Below are positions 42,901-52,776 of a DNA stretch of 64,000 nt, in pieces; within the stretch, counting starts at the first letter, position 1; each line of letters opens with the position of its first letter. Source of the DNA: Bacteroides sp. (GTDB lineage Bacteria; Bacteroidota; Bacteroidia; Bacteroidales; Bacteroidaceae); NCBI GenBank assembly GCA_041855205.1, contig JBHADT010000027.1, positions 42,301 to 106,300 of the forward strand, written 5' to 3'. A program made the translations under genes and the position numbers. The notes below the pieces were generated by a model. That model was not told the DNA's origin and ran no database searches. It saw only the letters and a program-made list of their open reading frames with translations.

Positions 42901-43084
42901 TCAAAAAGCACATATATCAAGATTGCGTGTATATGCAACCGGGCAGAACCTCTTCTGCATTACCGGTTACAGCGGATACGATCCCGAAGTAAGCAGATAC
43001 CAAGATCCCATGAGGCCGGGACTGGACTGGGGGGCTTATCCCAAAAGCAAGGTTTTTACTTTCGGACTTGACATTCAATTTTAA
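39968..43084 (+). CDS. susC: SusC/RagA TonB-dependent transporter (copy 2, BT4660-like)
   Basis: LDEVVVVGYG, ILKDASSSAIYGARAANGVVMITTK, NLKWE; terminal Phe. Confidence 0.95.
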   Translation: MNRRGITTLLALIILIGVHAQNIAKGVVTDETDTPLIGATVIVKGRTDNGTITDVNGNFTLPKVSKGDFVTVSYIGYQTQEVRYNGQQIKIKMLPDSKILDEVVVVGYGSMRREDLTGSISSVSSRNIEGFKTASVMEALGGQIAGVQITQTDGTPGSGFNINIRGVGTLTGDTTPLYIVDGFQTDNIDHLANSDIESIEILKDASSSAIYGARAANGVVMITTKSGKSGKASISYNGSVSYRKIAKTLDLLSPYEFVKLQGEVNNKYKETYYKTGSDENGTPYMYQTPEDYIGVKGIDWQEETFNPTWSQDHNFSINGGSEDSQYAAFFSRYAENGIFRNSGFDKTTAKLRFNRKISKTLSMDATVNYSNTFREGVGTSADNGRFNMLAQILSARPTGGLKIDDATLLSSSIDPEMLEEGTSLAQVNPVMQTESVTNTKRAEMWSGNLSLTWQIGKGLTFKTAGTYNTTNSRVNIFYKNGSKEAYRNGQKPYGQTQMGRDVRWTNYNNLTWKHKIKEHRYDIMLGQEISYRSSEFLLGEAMDFPFDNLGNDNLGLGATPSKVDSKFADKTLLSYFVRGNYNYGNRYLLTATLRADGSTVFSKKNKWGYFPSFSAAWRISEEAFMKPLSWISNLKLRAGWGTVGNDAISSFLSLDLYEPSKYGVGSTTVTVLTPKQIRNQNLKWEGSSTINLGFDMGFFDNRLSATVDFFVKDTKDLLLSQSLAHVTGFSDQMQNIGKIRNKGFELSVNSVNLRSRNFDWQTSFNFSIIRNELKALDSGANYRTTRSQFDGNFTQDDYIAIVGRSLGLIYGYEFDGIYQSSDFHTTPDGKQMLREGVTLNSRYTQGVRPGVVKYKDKDGDGVITTNDRTVIGNTLPKWFGGFTNNFRYRNIDVSFMLQFNYGNDIYNATRLYATQTRSGRRNMLAEVADRWTPSNASNKVPAFDGYITNDVYSRFVEDGSFLRLKNLTIGYTVPKKWTQKAHISRLRVYATGQNLFCITGYSGYDPEVSRYQDPMRPGLDWGAYPKSKVFTFGLDIQF

Positions 43085-43099
43085 ACGAGCATAAACATC

Positions 43100-44803
43100 A
43101 TGAGAAAATACATACATATCATCGCTTTATCAGTATTCAGCATCTTCTCTCTCTCGTCTTGCTCCGATTTGCTGAACGAGGACTCTAAAACGGAAATCGA
43201 GAAAAAGAACTATATGCGAAATGCGGCGGAAGCCGAAACCGTTCTGTTGGGTGTGTATCGCAACATGGTGACCGATGCCATGTACGGATACAACCTGTCC
43301 ATTCTGTTCAATCTGGCAACCGATATTGCACAAGTGGAAGGAAGTACGAACGAGAACTTCCGCATCGTTCCCACAAACTCTTTTCCCACTACACAGGCTG
43401 AAGTGCAACACACATGGGGCACACTCTATAACGCCATTTACAACGCTAACGACTTCATGGAGAGATTGGAACAAAAAGCGGGAAACTACTCCAATCCGGA
43501 CAAGATACTGGCACGAATCTACATGGCAGAAGCGAGAGGATTACGCGCCTTGTACTACTTCGAACTGGTGCGCCGCTACGGACACGTGGCATTGATGCGC
43601 AACACACAGATGTCGCAACAACCTCCCTCTACTTTCGAGCAGGTCGAGCCTTCACTCGTATATAAGTTCATAGAAGACGACTTGAAATATGCCATAGACA
43701 ATCTGCCGTATGCCGTAGACGACACGTATCGTTCCGACAACTCTTTCCGTTTCTCCAAAGGTGCCGCTTTGGGACTTCTGGCAAAAGTATATGCCACATG
43801 GGCAGGTTATCCTTTGCAGGATGAAAGCAAATGGGAAGCTGCTGCCCGGACAGCCAAGATTCTGCTGGATTCCGGAAAACACGGGTTGCTGAACGATTTC
43901 GAACAGCTCTGGAGAAACTCGGGAGAAGGAATATGGAATCCCGCCGAAAGTTTGCTGGAAGTCAGCTTCTACTCACCCACAACCACCGGAGCCGCCTCCG
44001 ACCCTTGCGGACGCATAGGTAAATGGAACGGAGTGAGAACTACGGCTATCGCCGGTAAACGCGGAAGTTGCGCCGGTAATGTAAAAGTCGTGCACACGTT
44101 CGTACTCGAATGGCGCAAAGATGCCAATGACCTTCGGAGAGAGATCTCTGTCGCCAATTATTTGTACAATCCGGATAAGACCCTCTATGCCAAAGGAAAG
44201 AGCGACCCGGAAGAAACCGCGGTTCTGGCGGATGCCGACCCTGAAAAGAAACAAAAGGAAAAACAGAACTACACTCCCGCCAAATGGGATATTGAGAAAT
44301 ACGTTCCTCAAAGCAACGCTTTGATAAACAACGACAAGTCGAATGTCAACTGGTATCTGCTACGCTATGCCGACGTTCTGCTGCTCTATGCCGAGAGCGT
44401 AAACGAGTGGAAGAAAAGCCCTACGGCGGAAGCATACATGGCGGTCAATATGGTTCGACGTCGCGGCTATGGCAAACAGATAGCCGCGGCGGACAATACG
44501 GTAGACTTGCCCGAAGGTCTGTCGTACGAAGCTTTCCGCAAGGCTATTCATAAAGAACGTGCCTATGAATTGGCTTTTGAGGGTCATCGCCGTTTAGACC
44601 TCGTACGATGGGGAAACTACTACGAAACCGTAAAAGCCACCGCCATAGCATTGGGACAATGGTGGACCTCCGACGGTGCTCCGAACTATGCTGCAGCCAA
44701 TCCCGGTTATACCACCAAAGGAAAACATGAGTTATATCCCATTCCCCAGCGCGACATGGACTTGTGCAAGAAGTTTACTCAGAATCAGGGATGGGAGAAA
44801 TAG
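43100..44803 (+). CDS. susD: SusD/RagB glycan-binding lipoprotein (copy 2, BT4659-like)
   Basis: Lipobox FSLSSC; EARGLRA, LRYADVLLLYAE, ERAYELAFEGHRRLDLVRWG. Confidence 0.93.
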   Translation: MRKYIHIIALSVFSIFSLSSCSDLLNEDSKTEIEKKNYMRNAAEAETVLLGVYRNMVTDAMYGYNLSILFNLATDIAQVEGSTNENFRIVPTNSFPTTQAEVQHTWGTLYNAIYNANDFMERLEQKAGNYSNPDKILARIYMAEARGLRALYYFELVRRYGHVALMRNTQMSQQPPSTFEQVEPSLVYKFIEDDLKYAIDNLPYAVDDTYRSDNSFRFSKGAALGLLAKVYATWAGYPLQDESKWEAAARTAKILLDSGKHGLLNDFEQLWRNSGEGIWNPAESLLEVSFYSPTTTGAASDPCGRIGKWNGVRTTAIAGKRGSCAGNVKVVHTFVLEWRKDANDLRREISVANYLYNPDKTLYAKGKSDPEETAVLADADPEKKQKEKQNYTPAKWDIEKYVPQSNALINNDKSNVNWYLLRYADVLLLYAESVNEWKKSPTAEAYMAVNMVRRRGYGKQIAAADNTVDLPEGLSYEAFRKAIHKERAYELAFEGHRRLDLVRWGNYYETVKATAIALGQWWTSDGAPNYAAANPGYTTKGKHELYPIPQRDMDLCKKFTQNQGWEK

Positions 44804-44860
44804 CCTCACCGAACCCGCGTTTTATATATACATCAATATAATTATATCGACAGAAACAAA

Positions 44861-46138
44861 ATGAAAATAAGATTTATACTCCCCGCTTTTCTCGGTATTT
44901 TATTATCCGCATGCCACCCTTCCCCGCGCAGCAACTATCATTGGTTGGAAAACGCCATTGACGTTGCCGCTGCCCAACTCAAGATGACGGCAGAAGAGAT
45001 AACCGACTCCGCCCGGCTTCCACGCTCCATCTGGACGGGATATGACATGGACTTCCTCTGCCGGCAGTTAGAGAGAGATTCACTTACGTTCAAAGATTCT
45101 CTTCGCCTGAAACCGCAACCCGACAGAATGGGTCAGCGACGCCTATGCAGTGTTTACGACTGGACCAGCGGATTTTTCCCCGGCAGTCTGTGGTACGCTT
45201 ACGAAATCACCGGCGACCCGATGCTGAAAGTCTATGCCACCCGCTATACCAACCTGCTGAACCCCGTACGCGAGTATACCGGAACCCACGATTTGGGTTT
45301 TATGGTCAATTGCAGCTACGGAAATGCATTGAGACTGGCTCCTCACGACAGCATCTACGACGTGATGAAGGAAACGGCCGATAACCTCTCTTCACGATTC
45401 GACACACAAATAGGAGCCATCCGCTCATGGGATTTCGGCACATGGAACTTTCCCGTAATCATAGACAACATGATGAACCTTGATCTGCTTTATACGGTAG
45501 GGAAGCAAAACCGTGACTCCTCATACGTCCGTATAGCCAACAGGCACGCCCTTAAAACCCTGGAACATCACTTCCGCCCCGACTACAGTTGTTGGCATGT
45601 GGTAAGCTATCTCAATGATGGTTCGGTGGAACGCAAGCAAACGCACCAAGGCAAAAACGACGATTCATCGTGGGCACGGGGACAGGCATGGGCTGTTTAC
45701 GGCTACACCTCGGTCTATCGCGAGACACAGCAGAACGTTTATCTCGAACATGCTCTGCGCATTGCCAGTATGATAATGAAACGGGTATCCACCGCCGATC
45801 TTATTCCGCTTTGGGACTACGACGCTCCCGACACGCCGGAAACCCCGCGGGATGCATCTGCCGCAGCCATTACCGCCTCCGCTTTTATCGAATTGAGCAC
45901 AATGACCGACAACGGACAGCCATACTTCGCCTATGCCGAGCAGATACTCAAAAACCTTTCGAGCGACGCGTACCTTGCAAAACGGGGTGAAAACAGAGGG
46001 TTCATACTCATGCACTCCACCGGTTCGCTGCCCAACGGGTCGGAAATAGACACACCGCTGAATTACGCCGACTACTACTATCTCGAAGCCCTGGTACGCT
46101 ACATGAACCAGAAAGGCATTAAATATCCTCTGGAGTAA
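44861..46138 (+). CDS. Unsaturated glucuronyl hydrolase (GH88)
   Basis: WTSGFFPGSLW, HDLGF, IIDNMMNL, WARGQAW, YADYYYLEAL; lipobox LLSAC. Confidence 0.93.
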   Translation: MKIRFILPAFLGILLSACHPSPRSNYHWLENAIDVAAAQLKMTAEEITDSARLPRSIWTGYDMDFLCRQLERDSLTFKDSLRLKPQPDRMGQRRLCSVYDWTSGFFPGSLWYAYEITGDPMLKVYATRYTNLLNPVREYTGTHDLGFMVNCSYGNALRLAPHDSIYDVMKETADNLSSRFDTQIGAIRSWDFGTWNFPVIIDNMMNLDLLYTVGKQNRDSSYVRIANRHALKTLEHHFRPDYSCWHVVSYLNDGSVERKQTHQGKNDDSSWARGQAWAVYGYTSVYRETQQNVYLEHALRIASMIMKRVSTADLIPLWDYDAPDTPETPRDASAAAITASAFIELSTMTDNGQPYFAYAEQILKNLSSDAYLAKRGENRGFILMHSTGSLPNGSEIDTPLNYADYYYLEALVRYMNQKGIKYPLE

Positions 46139-46162
46139 TCATTTTAATTAGCTATCTCACTC

Positions 46163-48169
46163 ATGAAAAAGACTATTTATTTGATGTGGATCTGCCTGAC
46201 AGGCATTTTCATCAGTTCCTCCGCCCAAGCACAGGAACTGAAAGCCGAGGTCTTCTCTCTGCTCAATTTAGACTATCCGGGATTGGAAAGGGTAAAGTCT
46301 TTCCACGAAAAAGGGCAAGACAAAGAGGCGGCACTGGCCTTGCTGGAATACTTCCGCCAGCGTACGAATGTAAAGAGCCCGGACATCGACCTCGAACAAC
46401 TCAAAATCGGCAAGGAGGAGCAAAAATGGGCAGACGAAGCGCTGGAACACACTTTCTTCGTGCACAAAGGCTATCAGCCTTCTTTCAACTACGGCAAAGA
46501 CATCGACTGGCAGTATTGGCCCGTGCGGGACAACGAACTCCGCTGGCAGCTGCACCGTCACAAATGGTTCACCCCCATGGGAAAGGCGTACAGACTCAGC
46601 GGTGATGAGAAGTATGCCCGGGAGTGGACGTTCCAGTATATGGACTGGATTAAGAAAAATCCGCTCGCTCCCATGAGTAAGGAAGAATACGAACTGGTCA
46701 GCGCCGGCGAGGTAAAAGGCGATGCGGAAAACGTCCGCTTCGCATGGCGTCCGCTTGAGGTAAGCAACCGCTTGCAAGACCAGACGAGCCAGTTCCTCCT
46801 GTTCATCCCCTCCCCTTCGTTCACTCCCGAATTCCTCACAGAGTTTCTGGTCAACTATCACAAACACGCCCAACATATATTGAGTCACTATTCCGACCAA
46901 GGCAACCACTTGTTGTTCGAGGCGCAACGCATGGTGTATGCGGGCGCATTCTTTCCGGAGTTCAAGGAAGCACGCGGTTGGCGCGAAAGCGGCATAGGCA
47001 TTCTTAACCGCGAGATAAACGTACAGGTATATCCCGACGGCGGACAGTTCGAACTCGACCCGCACTATCACCTGGCCGCCATCAACATCTTCTGCAAGGC
47101 GCTTCGCATGGCAGATGTAAACGGTTTCCGCGAAGAATTTCCCCGCAGCTACATGGATACGGTGGAGGCAATGATTGTCTTTTACCTGAACATCTGTTTC
47201 CCCGATTACACGAATCCCTGTTTCAGCGATGCCAAACTGGGAGATAAGAAGAGCGAACTGAAGAACTACAAGGATTGGATCAAACTCTTCCCCGATAACG
47301 AGCAGATACGATACTTCGCCTCCGAGGGACGGAAAGGAAAACAACCCGGAAACCTCTCGAAGGGTTTTCTGAAGTCGGGATTCTTTACCTTCCGGAACGG
47401 TTGGAAACAGGATGCCACCGTCATGGTAGTGAAAGCGGGTCCCAAAGCTTTCTGGCATTGCCAGCCGGACAACGGTACATTCGAATTGTGGTTCAACGGC
47501 AAGAACCTGTTCCCCGACTCAGGAGCCTACATCTATGCGGGCGATGCAGAGGTGATGAAACTGCGCAACTGGTTCCGCAGCACCAAAGTACATAACACGC
47601 TCACACTGGACAATCGCAACCTGGAGACCACGGAGTCCGTCACCAAACTCTGGAAACCGGAAGGCGACATGCAGATACTGGTAACGGAAAATCCAAGCTA
47701 TAAGGGATTGACGCACCGACGCACCGTATTCTTTGTAGACGGAAGCTATTTTGTAATTGTAGATGAAGCTACGGGAAGTGCGACCGGCGAGGTAAGCATC
47801 CACTACCAGTTCCACGAAGGCAAGGTGAATACGAATCCGGAAAAACTATCGGTACACACCGCCTATGAAGGCGAAAGCAACGTGGTCTTGCAATGCTTCG
47901 CCCCTGAAGGAACCATGCTCGTAGAGGAAGAAGGATGGCGTTCCACTGCCTACCGGCAACGTGTAGAACGCACGGCGGTGGCTTTCAGCATAAACAAGCC
48001 GGACTCTGCCCCCATACGCTATATTACCATCGTCCGTCCCGTCAAGCAGCCGGGAAAGAACTCTGCGCTCTCCGCCCGTTTCCTCAACAAAGAGTACGAC
48101 CCGCAGGGAGTGAGCGTCGAGGTGAGTGTGGACGGCAAGAAGAGAAAATTGACCTGTAATCTGAAATAG
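46163..48169 (+). CDS. hepC: Heparan-sulfate lyase / heparinase III (PL12), periplasmic (BT4657-like)
   Basis: SPI signal peptide; LRWQLHRHKWF, WRPLE, GNHLLFE, ELDPHYH, HCQPDNGTFEL. Confidence 0.9.
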   Translation: MKKTIYLMWICLTGIFISSSAQAQELKAEVFSLLNLDYPGLERVKSFHEKGQDKEAALALLEYFRQRTNVKSPDIDLEQLKIGKEEQKWADEALEHTFFVHKGYQPSFNYGKDIDWQYWPVRDNELRWQLHRHKWFTPMGKAYRLSGDEKYAREWTFQYMDWIKKNPLAPMSKEEYELVSAGEVKGDAENVRFAWRPLEVSNRLQDQTSQFLLFIPSPSFTPEFLTEFLVNYHKHAQHILSHYSDQGNHLLFEAQRMVYAGAFFPEFKEARGWRESGIGILNREINVQVYPDGGQFELDPHYHLAAINIFCKALRMADVNGFREEFPRSYMDTVEAMIVFYLNICFPDYTNPCFSDAKLGDKKSELKNYKDWIKLFPDNEQIRYFASEGRKGKQPGNLSKGFLKSGFFTFRNGWKQDATVMVVKAGPKAFWHCQPDNGTFELWFNGKNLFPDSGAYIYAGDAEVMKLRNWFRSTKVHNTLTLDNRNLETTESVTKLWKPEGDMQILVTENPSYKGLTHRRTVFFVDGSYFVIVDEATGSATGEVSIHYQFHEGKVNTNPEKLSVHTAYEGESNVVLQCFAPEGTMLVEEEGWRSTAYRQRVERTAVAFSINKPDSAPIRYITIVRPVKQPGKNSALSARFLNKEYDPQGVSVEVSVDGKKRKLTCNLK

Positions 48170-48261
48170 TTACATCATTTCATTGCCCGAGAGGAAGGCG
48201 GGTATCCGCTTTTCCACCTCCGGCGAGCGATTTGTTTCTTCGGTACATCCCCCTTCAGAAG

Positions 48262-48352
48262 TATGCACAGGCTACGGCTGAACCATGCCTGTATTGTTCG
48301 AATACCGCACCTGCATTGTCCGAGTACCGTACCTATGTCGTTCTTCTGAAGT
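48262..48352 (-). repeat. Dispersed intergenic repeat, copy D (inside the PUL)
   Basis: Reverse complement gaagaacgacataggtacggtactcggacaatgcaggtgcggtattcgaacaatacaggcatggtt matches the unit array of copies A and B; 22-nt spacing at 48296, 48318, 48340. Confidence 0.75.
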
Positions 48353-48454
48353 GCCAATGGCGTTCGCCCGCCTGCAAGGTTTGCCTTTTGCTTTCATAAA
48401 ATGCAAATCTTGCATTTCCGAGAAAAATCTGTACAAACAGACCTATATACCATC

Positions 48455-50059
48455 ATGAAAACACACGATTCTTCCCTACTGTTTCTGCCACTCGCAGCGC
48501 TCACTCTCGCCTCGTGCACGGGGCGGAAAGAAGAAGAGCGGCGTCCGAACATCATCTTCATGATGACAGACGACCATACTACACAAGCGATGTCCTGCTA
48601 CGGGGGCAAACTGATTCAGACCCCCAACATGGATCGTTTGGCAGCGGAGGGCATCCGTTTCGACAACTGCTACGCCGTAAATGCCTTGTCGGGACCTTCT
48701 CGCGCGTGCATCCTCACCGGAAAGTTCAGCCATGCCAATGGATTCAAAGACAATGCTTCGGTGTTCGACGGCAGCCAGCAGACCTTTCCGAAGCTGTTGC
48801 GGCAGGCGGGCTACCAGACCGCTGTCATAGGCAAGTGGCATCTTATCAGCGAACCGCAAGGTTTCGACTTTTGGAGCATCCTGCACGGACAGCACGAACA
48901 GGGCGACTACTACAATCCGGAATTCAACGAAATGGGGAAAATCGTAACCGAACAAGGTTACGTGACAGACATCGTAACAGACAAAGCCATCCGTTTCCTC
49001 GAACAGCGTGACAAGTCGAAACCCTTCTGCATGATGTATCATCAAAAAGCTCCACACCGCAACTGGATGCCTGCCCCACGGCATCTGGGCATCTTCAACC
49101 ACACGGTATTTCCCGAACCGGTAGGGCTCTACGACGACTACGAAGGCAGGGGAAGAGCCGCCCGCGAACAAGACATGTCCATCGAGCATACGCTCAGAGA
49201 CGACTGGGACTTGAAACTGCTTACCCGGGACGAAATGCTGAAAGACACCGCCAATCGCTTGTACACGGTGTACAAGCGCATGCCTGCGGCTGTCAAAGAC
49301 AAATGGGATTCGGCTTATGCGCAACGAATAGCCGAACACCGGAAAGGAAATCTCAAAGGCAAGGCGCTCATCCGCTGGAGGTACCAGCAGTACATGCGCG
49401 ACTATCTTGCCACCGTGTTGGCGGTAGACGAGAACATAGGACGCCTGATAAGCTATCTGAAGGAAACGGGGGAGCTGGACAACACGATCATCGTTTATAC
49501 TTCCGACCAAGGTTTCTTCTTGGGTGAACACGGATGGTTCGACAAACGATTCATGTACGAGGAATGCCAGCGCATGCCGCTCATCATCCGCTTTCCCAAA
49601 AGCATCCGGAAAGGAAGCTCCACAGATGCGCTGAGCATGAACGTAGACTTTGCCCCCACTTTTCTGGACTATGCCGGCTTATCCATCCCCGCTGACATGC
49701 AGGGAAAGTCGCTTCGCCCCATACTGGAGCATGCCGGAAAAACTCCTGACGACTGGCGAAAAGCAGTCTATTATCACTACTACGAATATCCTGCCGAACA
49801 TTCCGTAAAGAGGCATTACGGCATCCGTACCCAACACCACAAGCTGATACACTTTTATCACGACATCGATGAGTGGGAAATGTACGACCTGCAAAAAGAC
49901 CCACATGAAATGAACAGTGTATTCGGCAAGTCCGGATATGCGGAAAAGCAGACGGAACTGATGCGATTGCTGCAGGAAACGCGTGAAGAGTTGCAGGTTA
50001 CGCCGGACAAACCGGAAAAAGAATCCCGGTCTGAATCACAAACGGACAAGGTCCGATGA
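48455..50059 (+). CDS. Ser-type S1 sulfatase, probable GlcNAc/GlcNS 6-O-sulfatase (BT4656-like)
   Basis: Lipobox LTLASC; PNIIFMMTDD, SGPSR (SxPxR), GKWH, KAPH, YTSDQG, DKR; PUL position. Confidence 0.87.
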   Translation: MKTHDSSLLFLPLAALTLASCTGRKEEERRPNIIFMMTDDHTTQAMSCYGGKLIQTPNMDRLAAEGIRFDNCYAVNALSGPSRACILTGKFSHANGFKDNASVFDGSQQTFPKLLRQAGYQTAVIGKWHLISEPQGFDFWSILHGQHEQGDYYNPEFNEMGKIVTEQGYVTDIVTDKAIRFLEQRDKSKPFCMMYHQKAPHRNWMPAPRHLGIFNHTVFPEPVGLYDDYEGRGRAAREQDMSIEHTLRDDWDLKLLTRDEMLKDTANRLYTVYKRMPAAVKDKWDSAYAQRIAEHRKGNLKGKALIRWRYQQYMRDYLATVLAVDENIGRLISYLKETGELDNTIIVYTSDQGFFLGEHGWFDKRFMYEECQRMPLIIRFPKSIRKGSSTDALSMNVDFAPTFLDYAGLSIPADMQGKSLRPILEHAGKTPDDWRKAVYYHYYEYPAEHSVKRHYGIRTQHHKLIHFYHDIDEWEMYDLQKDPHEMNSVFGKSGYAEKQTELMRLLQETREELQVTPDKPEKESRSESQTDKVR

Positions 50060-50157
50060 AAAATGTATCGCAACAAACCCGCAAGGCACACGGTTGACAA
50101 CCCGTCCGCAGCCTCTTATCTAACCGGCATTCGAACAAATTATAAAATTCTCATAGC

Positions 50158-51789
50158 ATGGACAGAAGAAAATTCCTTAAAAGTAGCGGTTGGTCTTTCC
50201 TTGGGCTTGCCGCATCCGGCAGTCTGTTGGGGGCATGCACACCCGGCAGCAAAGAAGCCAGGCGAATCATGCCGTCGAAAAGCAAGCTGCAATTGTTTTT
50301 CGGCGACTTGCACAACCACTGTAACCTCACTTACGGACACGGCGATATGCGCGATGCCTTTGAGGCAGCCAAACAACAACTCGACTTCGTATCCGTCACC
50401 CCGCATGCCATGTGGCCCGATATTCCCGGAGCGGATGATCCTCGTCTAAAGTGGGTCATCGATTACCACACTCAGGCATTCAAGCGCCTGCGTGAGGGAG
50501 GATACCAACGCTACGTGGACATGACCAACGAATATAACAAAGAGGGGGAGTTTCTCGCTTTCATCGGTTACGAGGCTCACAGCATGGAGCACGGCGACCA
50601 CGTGGCACTCAACTACGACCTCGATGCTCCGTTGGTGGAATGTACTTCGATCGAAGACTGGAAGCAGAAAGCCAAAGGGCACAAGGTATTCATCACCCCG
50701 CACCACATGGGATACCAAACCGGATACAGAGGGTACAACTGGAAATGTTTTACCGAAGGCGAACAGACTCCCTTCGTCGAAATGTATTCCCGCCACGGTT
50801 TAGCCGAGAGCGATCAGGGAGACTATCCCTATCTGCACGACATGGGTCCCCGGCAATGGGAGGGTACCGTACTTTACGGTCTGGAACAGGGACATAAGTT
50901 CGGAATCATGTGCAGCAGCGACCAGCATTCGGGCTATCCGGGGAGCTACGGAGACGGCCGGATAGGCGTGCTTGCGCCCTCGCTCACCCGCGATGCCCTG
51001 TGGGATGCGATGAAGAATCGCCATGTGTGCGGAGTGACGGGCGACCGCATCCAGATAGATTTCCGCCTCAACGATGCGTTCATGGGCGATGTGGTGCGCG
51101 GAAACAGCCGCCGAATCTATCTGCGCGTGGAGGGCGGAAGTTGTATCGACTATGTGGATGTGGTGAAGAACGGGCAAAGCATCGCCCGATTGAGCGGTCC
51201 GCTGACTCCGGAAGGTTCTTCCGGAGGCAGTATACAGAGGTGCAAGATAAAAGTAGAATTCGGCTGGAACAGAGAAGAACGCTACGTGCATTGGCAAGGG
51301 AAGTTAAGCATAGACAAAGGGCGCATCCTGAGTGTAACGCCTTGCTTCCGTGGAGCTTCCTTCACCTCTCCACAGGAAGGGGAAACAGAATTCCACACTC
51401 ATGTCAACAGAATCATCGGCAGTACGGAGAAAGAAACCGAACTCGACCTCTACACGAGCAAAAACCCGAATACCACGACATCTGCCACCCAAGCCGTGAT
51501 TTTGGAAGTGGAAATGCCGCAAGACGGAAATCTCACGGCGGAGTTCAACGGCAAGCGGTTCACACACTCGTTGGGCGAGTTGTTGCAAGGGTCACGCTCG
51601 CACTTCATGATAGGTTGGTTGAGCGAAGCCATTCTCTTCAATCGAGCCATGCCCGAGAACAGCTATGTGATAGAACATTTCATGGAAGACAAAGAACCTC
51701 AACGAGACACTGACTACTATTACGTGCGCGTTCGCCAACGCGACCAGCAATGGGGTTGGAGTTCTCCCATATGGGCGGAAAGGATTTAG
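50158..51789 (+). CDS. Tat-exported PHP/amidohydrolase-like metallohydrolase (BT4655-like, putative N-sulfamidase)
   Basis: DRRKFLK twin-Arg signal with LLGAC lipobox; GDLHNH, TPH, PHH, SSDQH metal-ligand motifs; C-terminal YYVRVRQ…WSSPIW. Confidence 0.7.
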   Translation: MDRRKFLKSSGWSFLGLAASGSLLGACTPGSKEARRIMPSKSKLQLFFGDLHNHCNLTYGHGDMRDAFEAAKQQLDFVSVTPHAMWPDIPGADDPRLKWVIDYHTQAFKRLREGGYQRYVDMTNEYNKEGEFLAFIGYEAHSMEHGDHVALNYDLDAPLVECTSIEDWKQKAKGHKVFITPHHMGYQTGYRGYNWKCFTEGEQTPFVEMYSRHGLAESDQGDYPYLHDMGPRQWEGTVLYGLEQGHKFGIMCSSDQHSGYPGSYGDGRIGVLAPSLTRDALWDAMKNRHVCGVTGDRIQIDFRLNDAFMGDVVRGNSRRIYLRVEGGSCIDYVDVVKNGQSIARLSGPLTPEGSSGGSIQRCKIKVEFGWNREERYVHWQGKLSIDKGRILSVTPCFRGASFTSPQEGETEFHTHVNRIIGSTEKETELDLYTSKNPNTTTSATQAVILEVEMPQDGNLTAEFNGKRFTHSLGELLQGSRSHFMIGWLSEAILFNRAMPENSYVIEHFMEDKEPQRDTDYYYVRVRQRDQQWGWSSPIWAERI

Positions 51790-51792
51790 AAT

Positions 51793-52761
51793 ATGGCAAA
51801 CAAGATCAGCTATGCCGCAGGCATCGACTTGGGCGGCAGTTCCGTAAAATACGCATTGGTGAGCGATAACGGCGAGTGTCTCTTTCAGGAGAAAATCTCC
51901 TCTTGTGCCCATGTGTCCGCCGAAGCAGTTATCGAACAACTGACTGTTGCTGCAGAGGCGGTAAAGGCATATGCCCGCAGGCACGGGTATACGCTGGCGG
52001 GAATCGGAATCGGAACACCCGGAATCGTAAATGCAGGAGGACGAACGGTGTTGGGCGGAGCGGAAAACATAAAAGGTTGGGAACAGATACCCCTTGCCGA
52101 CATCATGGAATCAGCTACCGGGCTGCCGGTATGCGTGGGCAACGATGCTAACCTGATGGGACTGGGCGAAACAATGTATGGAGCAGGAAAGGGATTGTCT
52201 GATGTGCTGTTCCTTACAGTAGGCACAGGCATAGGCGGAGCGGTGGTCGCGGGAGGAAAGCTCTTCACCGGTTACGACGGCAGAGGAATGGAACTGGGAC
52301 ACGTGCCGCTCATAGCCGACGGAGAACGTTGCGCCTGCGGCGCAACCGGTTGCTTGGAACATTACGCTTCCGCCGCCGCACTGGTGCGCAGGTTCATGCA
52401 GCGTTGCAAAGAAACCGGAACAGTATATCCCGGAGCGGAAACCAACGGAGAGTTTATCGTCCGTCTTTATCGCCGGGGCGAACAACCGGCTGCTGACTGT
52501 ATGAAAGAGCATTTCGAATATCTGGGGCGAGGGATTGCAGGATTCATCAACATATTCAGTCCGCAACTTGTTGTCATTGGAGGAGGTTTGTCCGAATCGG
52601 GCGATTTCTACATCGAAGGCATTGCAGAAACGGCAAGACGTTACGCCATAGCCGACTGTGCGGTGAACACGCGTTTCAAGGCGGCGTCTTTGGGAAACCG
52701 GGCGGGAAGCGTGGGGGCAGCATCTCTGGTCTTTGCTCAAAACCATATTTCTCTCACTTAA
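51793..52761 (+). CDS. ROK-family sugar kinase (probable GlcNAc/GlcN kinase)
   Basis: GIDLGGS, NDAN, GTGIGG, ELGH, CACGATGCLE. Confidence 0.92.
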   Translation: MANKISYAAGIDLGGSSVKYALVSDNGECLFQEKISSCAHVSAEAVIEQLTVAAEAVKAYARRHGYTLAGIGIGTPGIVNAGGRTVLGGAENIKGWEQIPLADIMESATGLPVCVGNDANLMGLGETMYGAGKGLSDVLFLTVGTGIGGAVVAGGKLFTGYDGRGMELGHVPLIADGERCACGATGCLEHYASAAALVRRFMQRCKETGTVYPGAETNGEFIVRLYRRGEQPAADCMKEHFEYLGRGIAGFINIFSPQLVVIGGGLSESGDFYIEGIAETARRYAIADCAVNTRFKAASLGNRAGSVGAASLVFAQNHISLT

Positions 52762-52776
52762 CCATACAAACGAATC

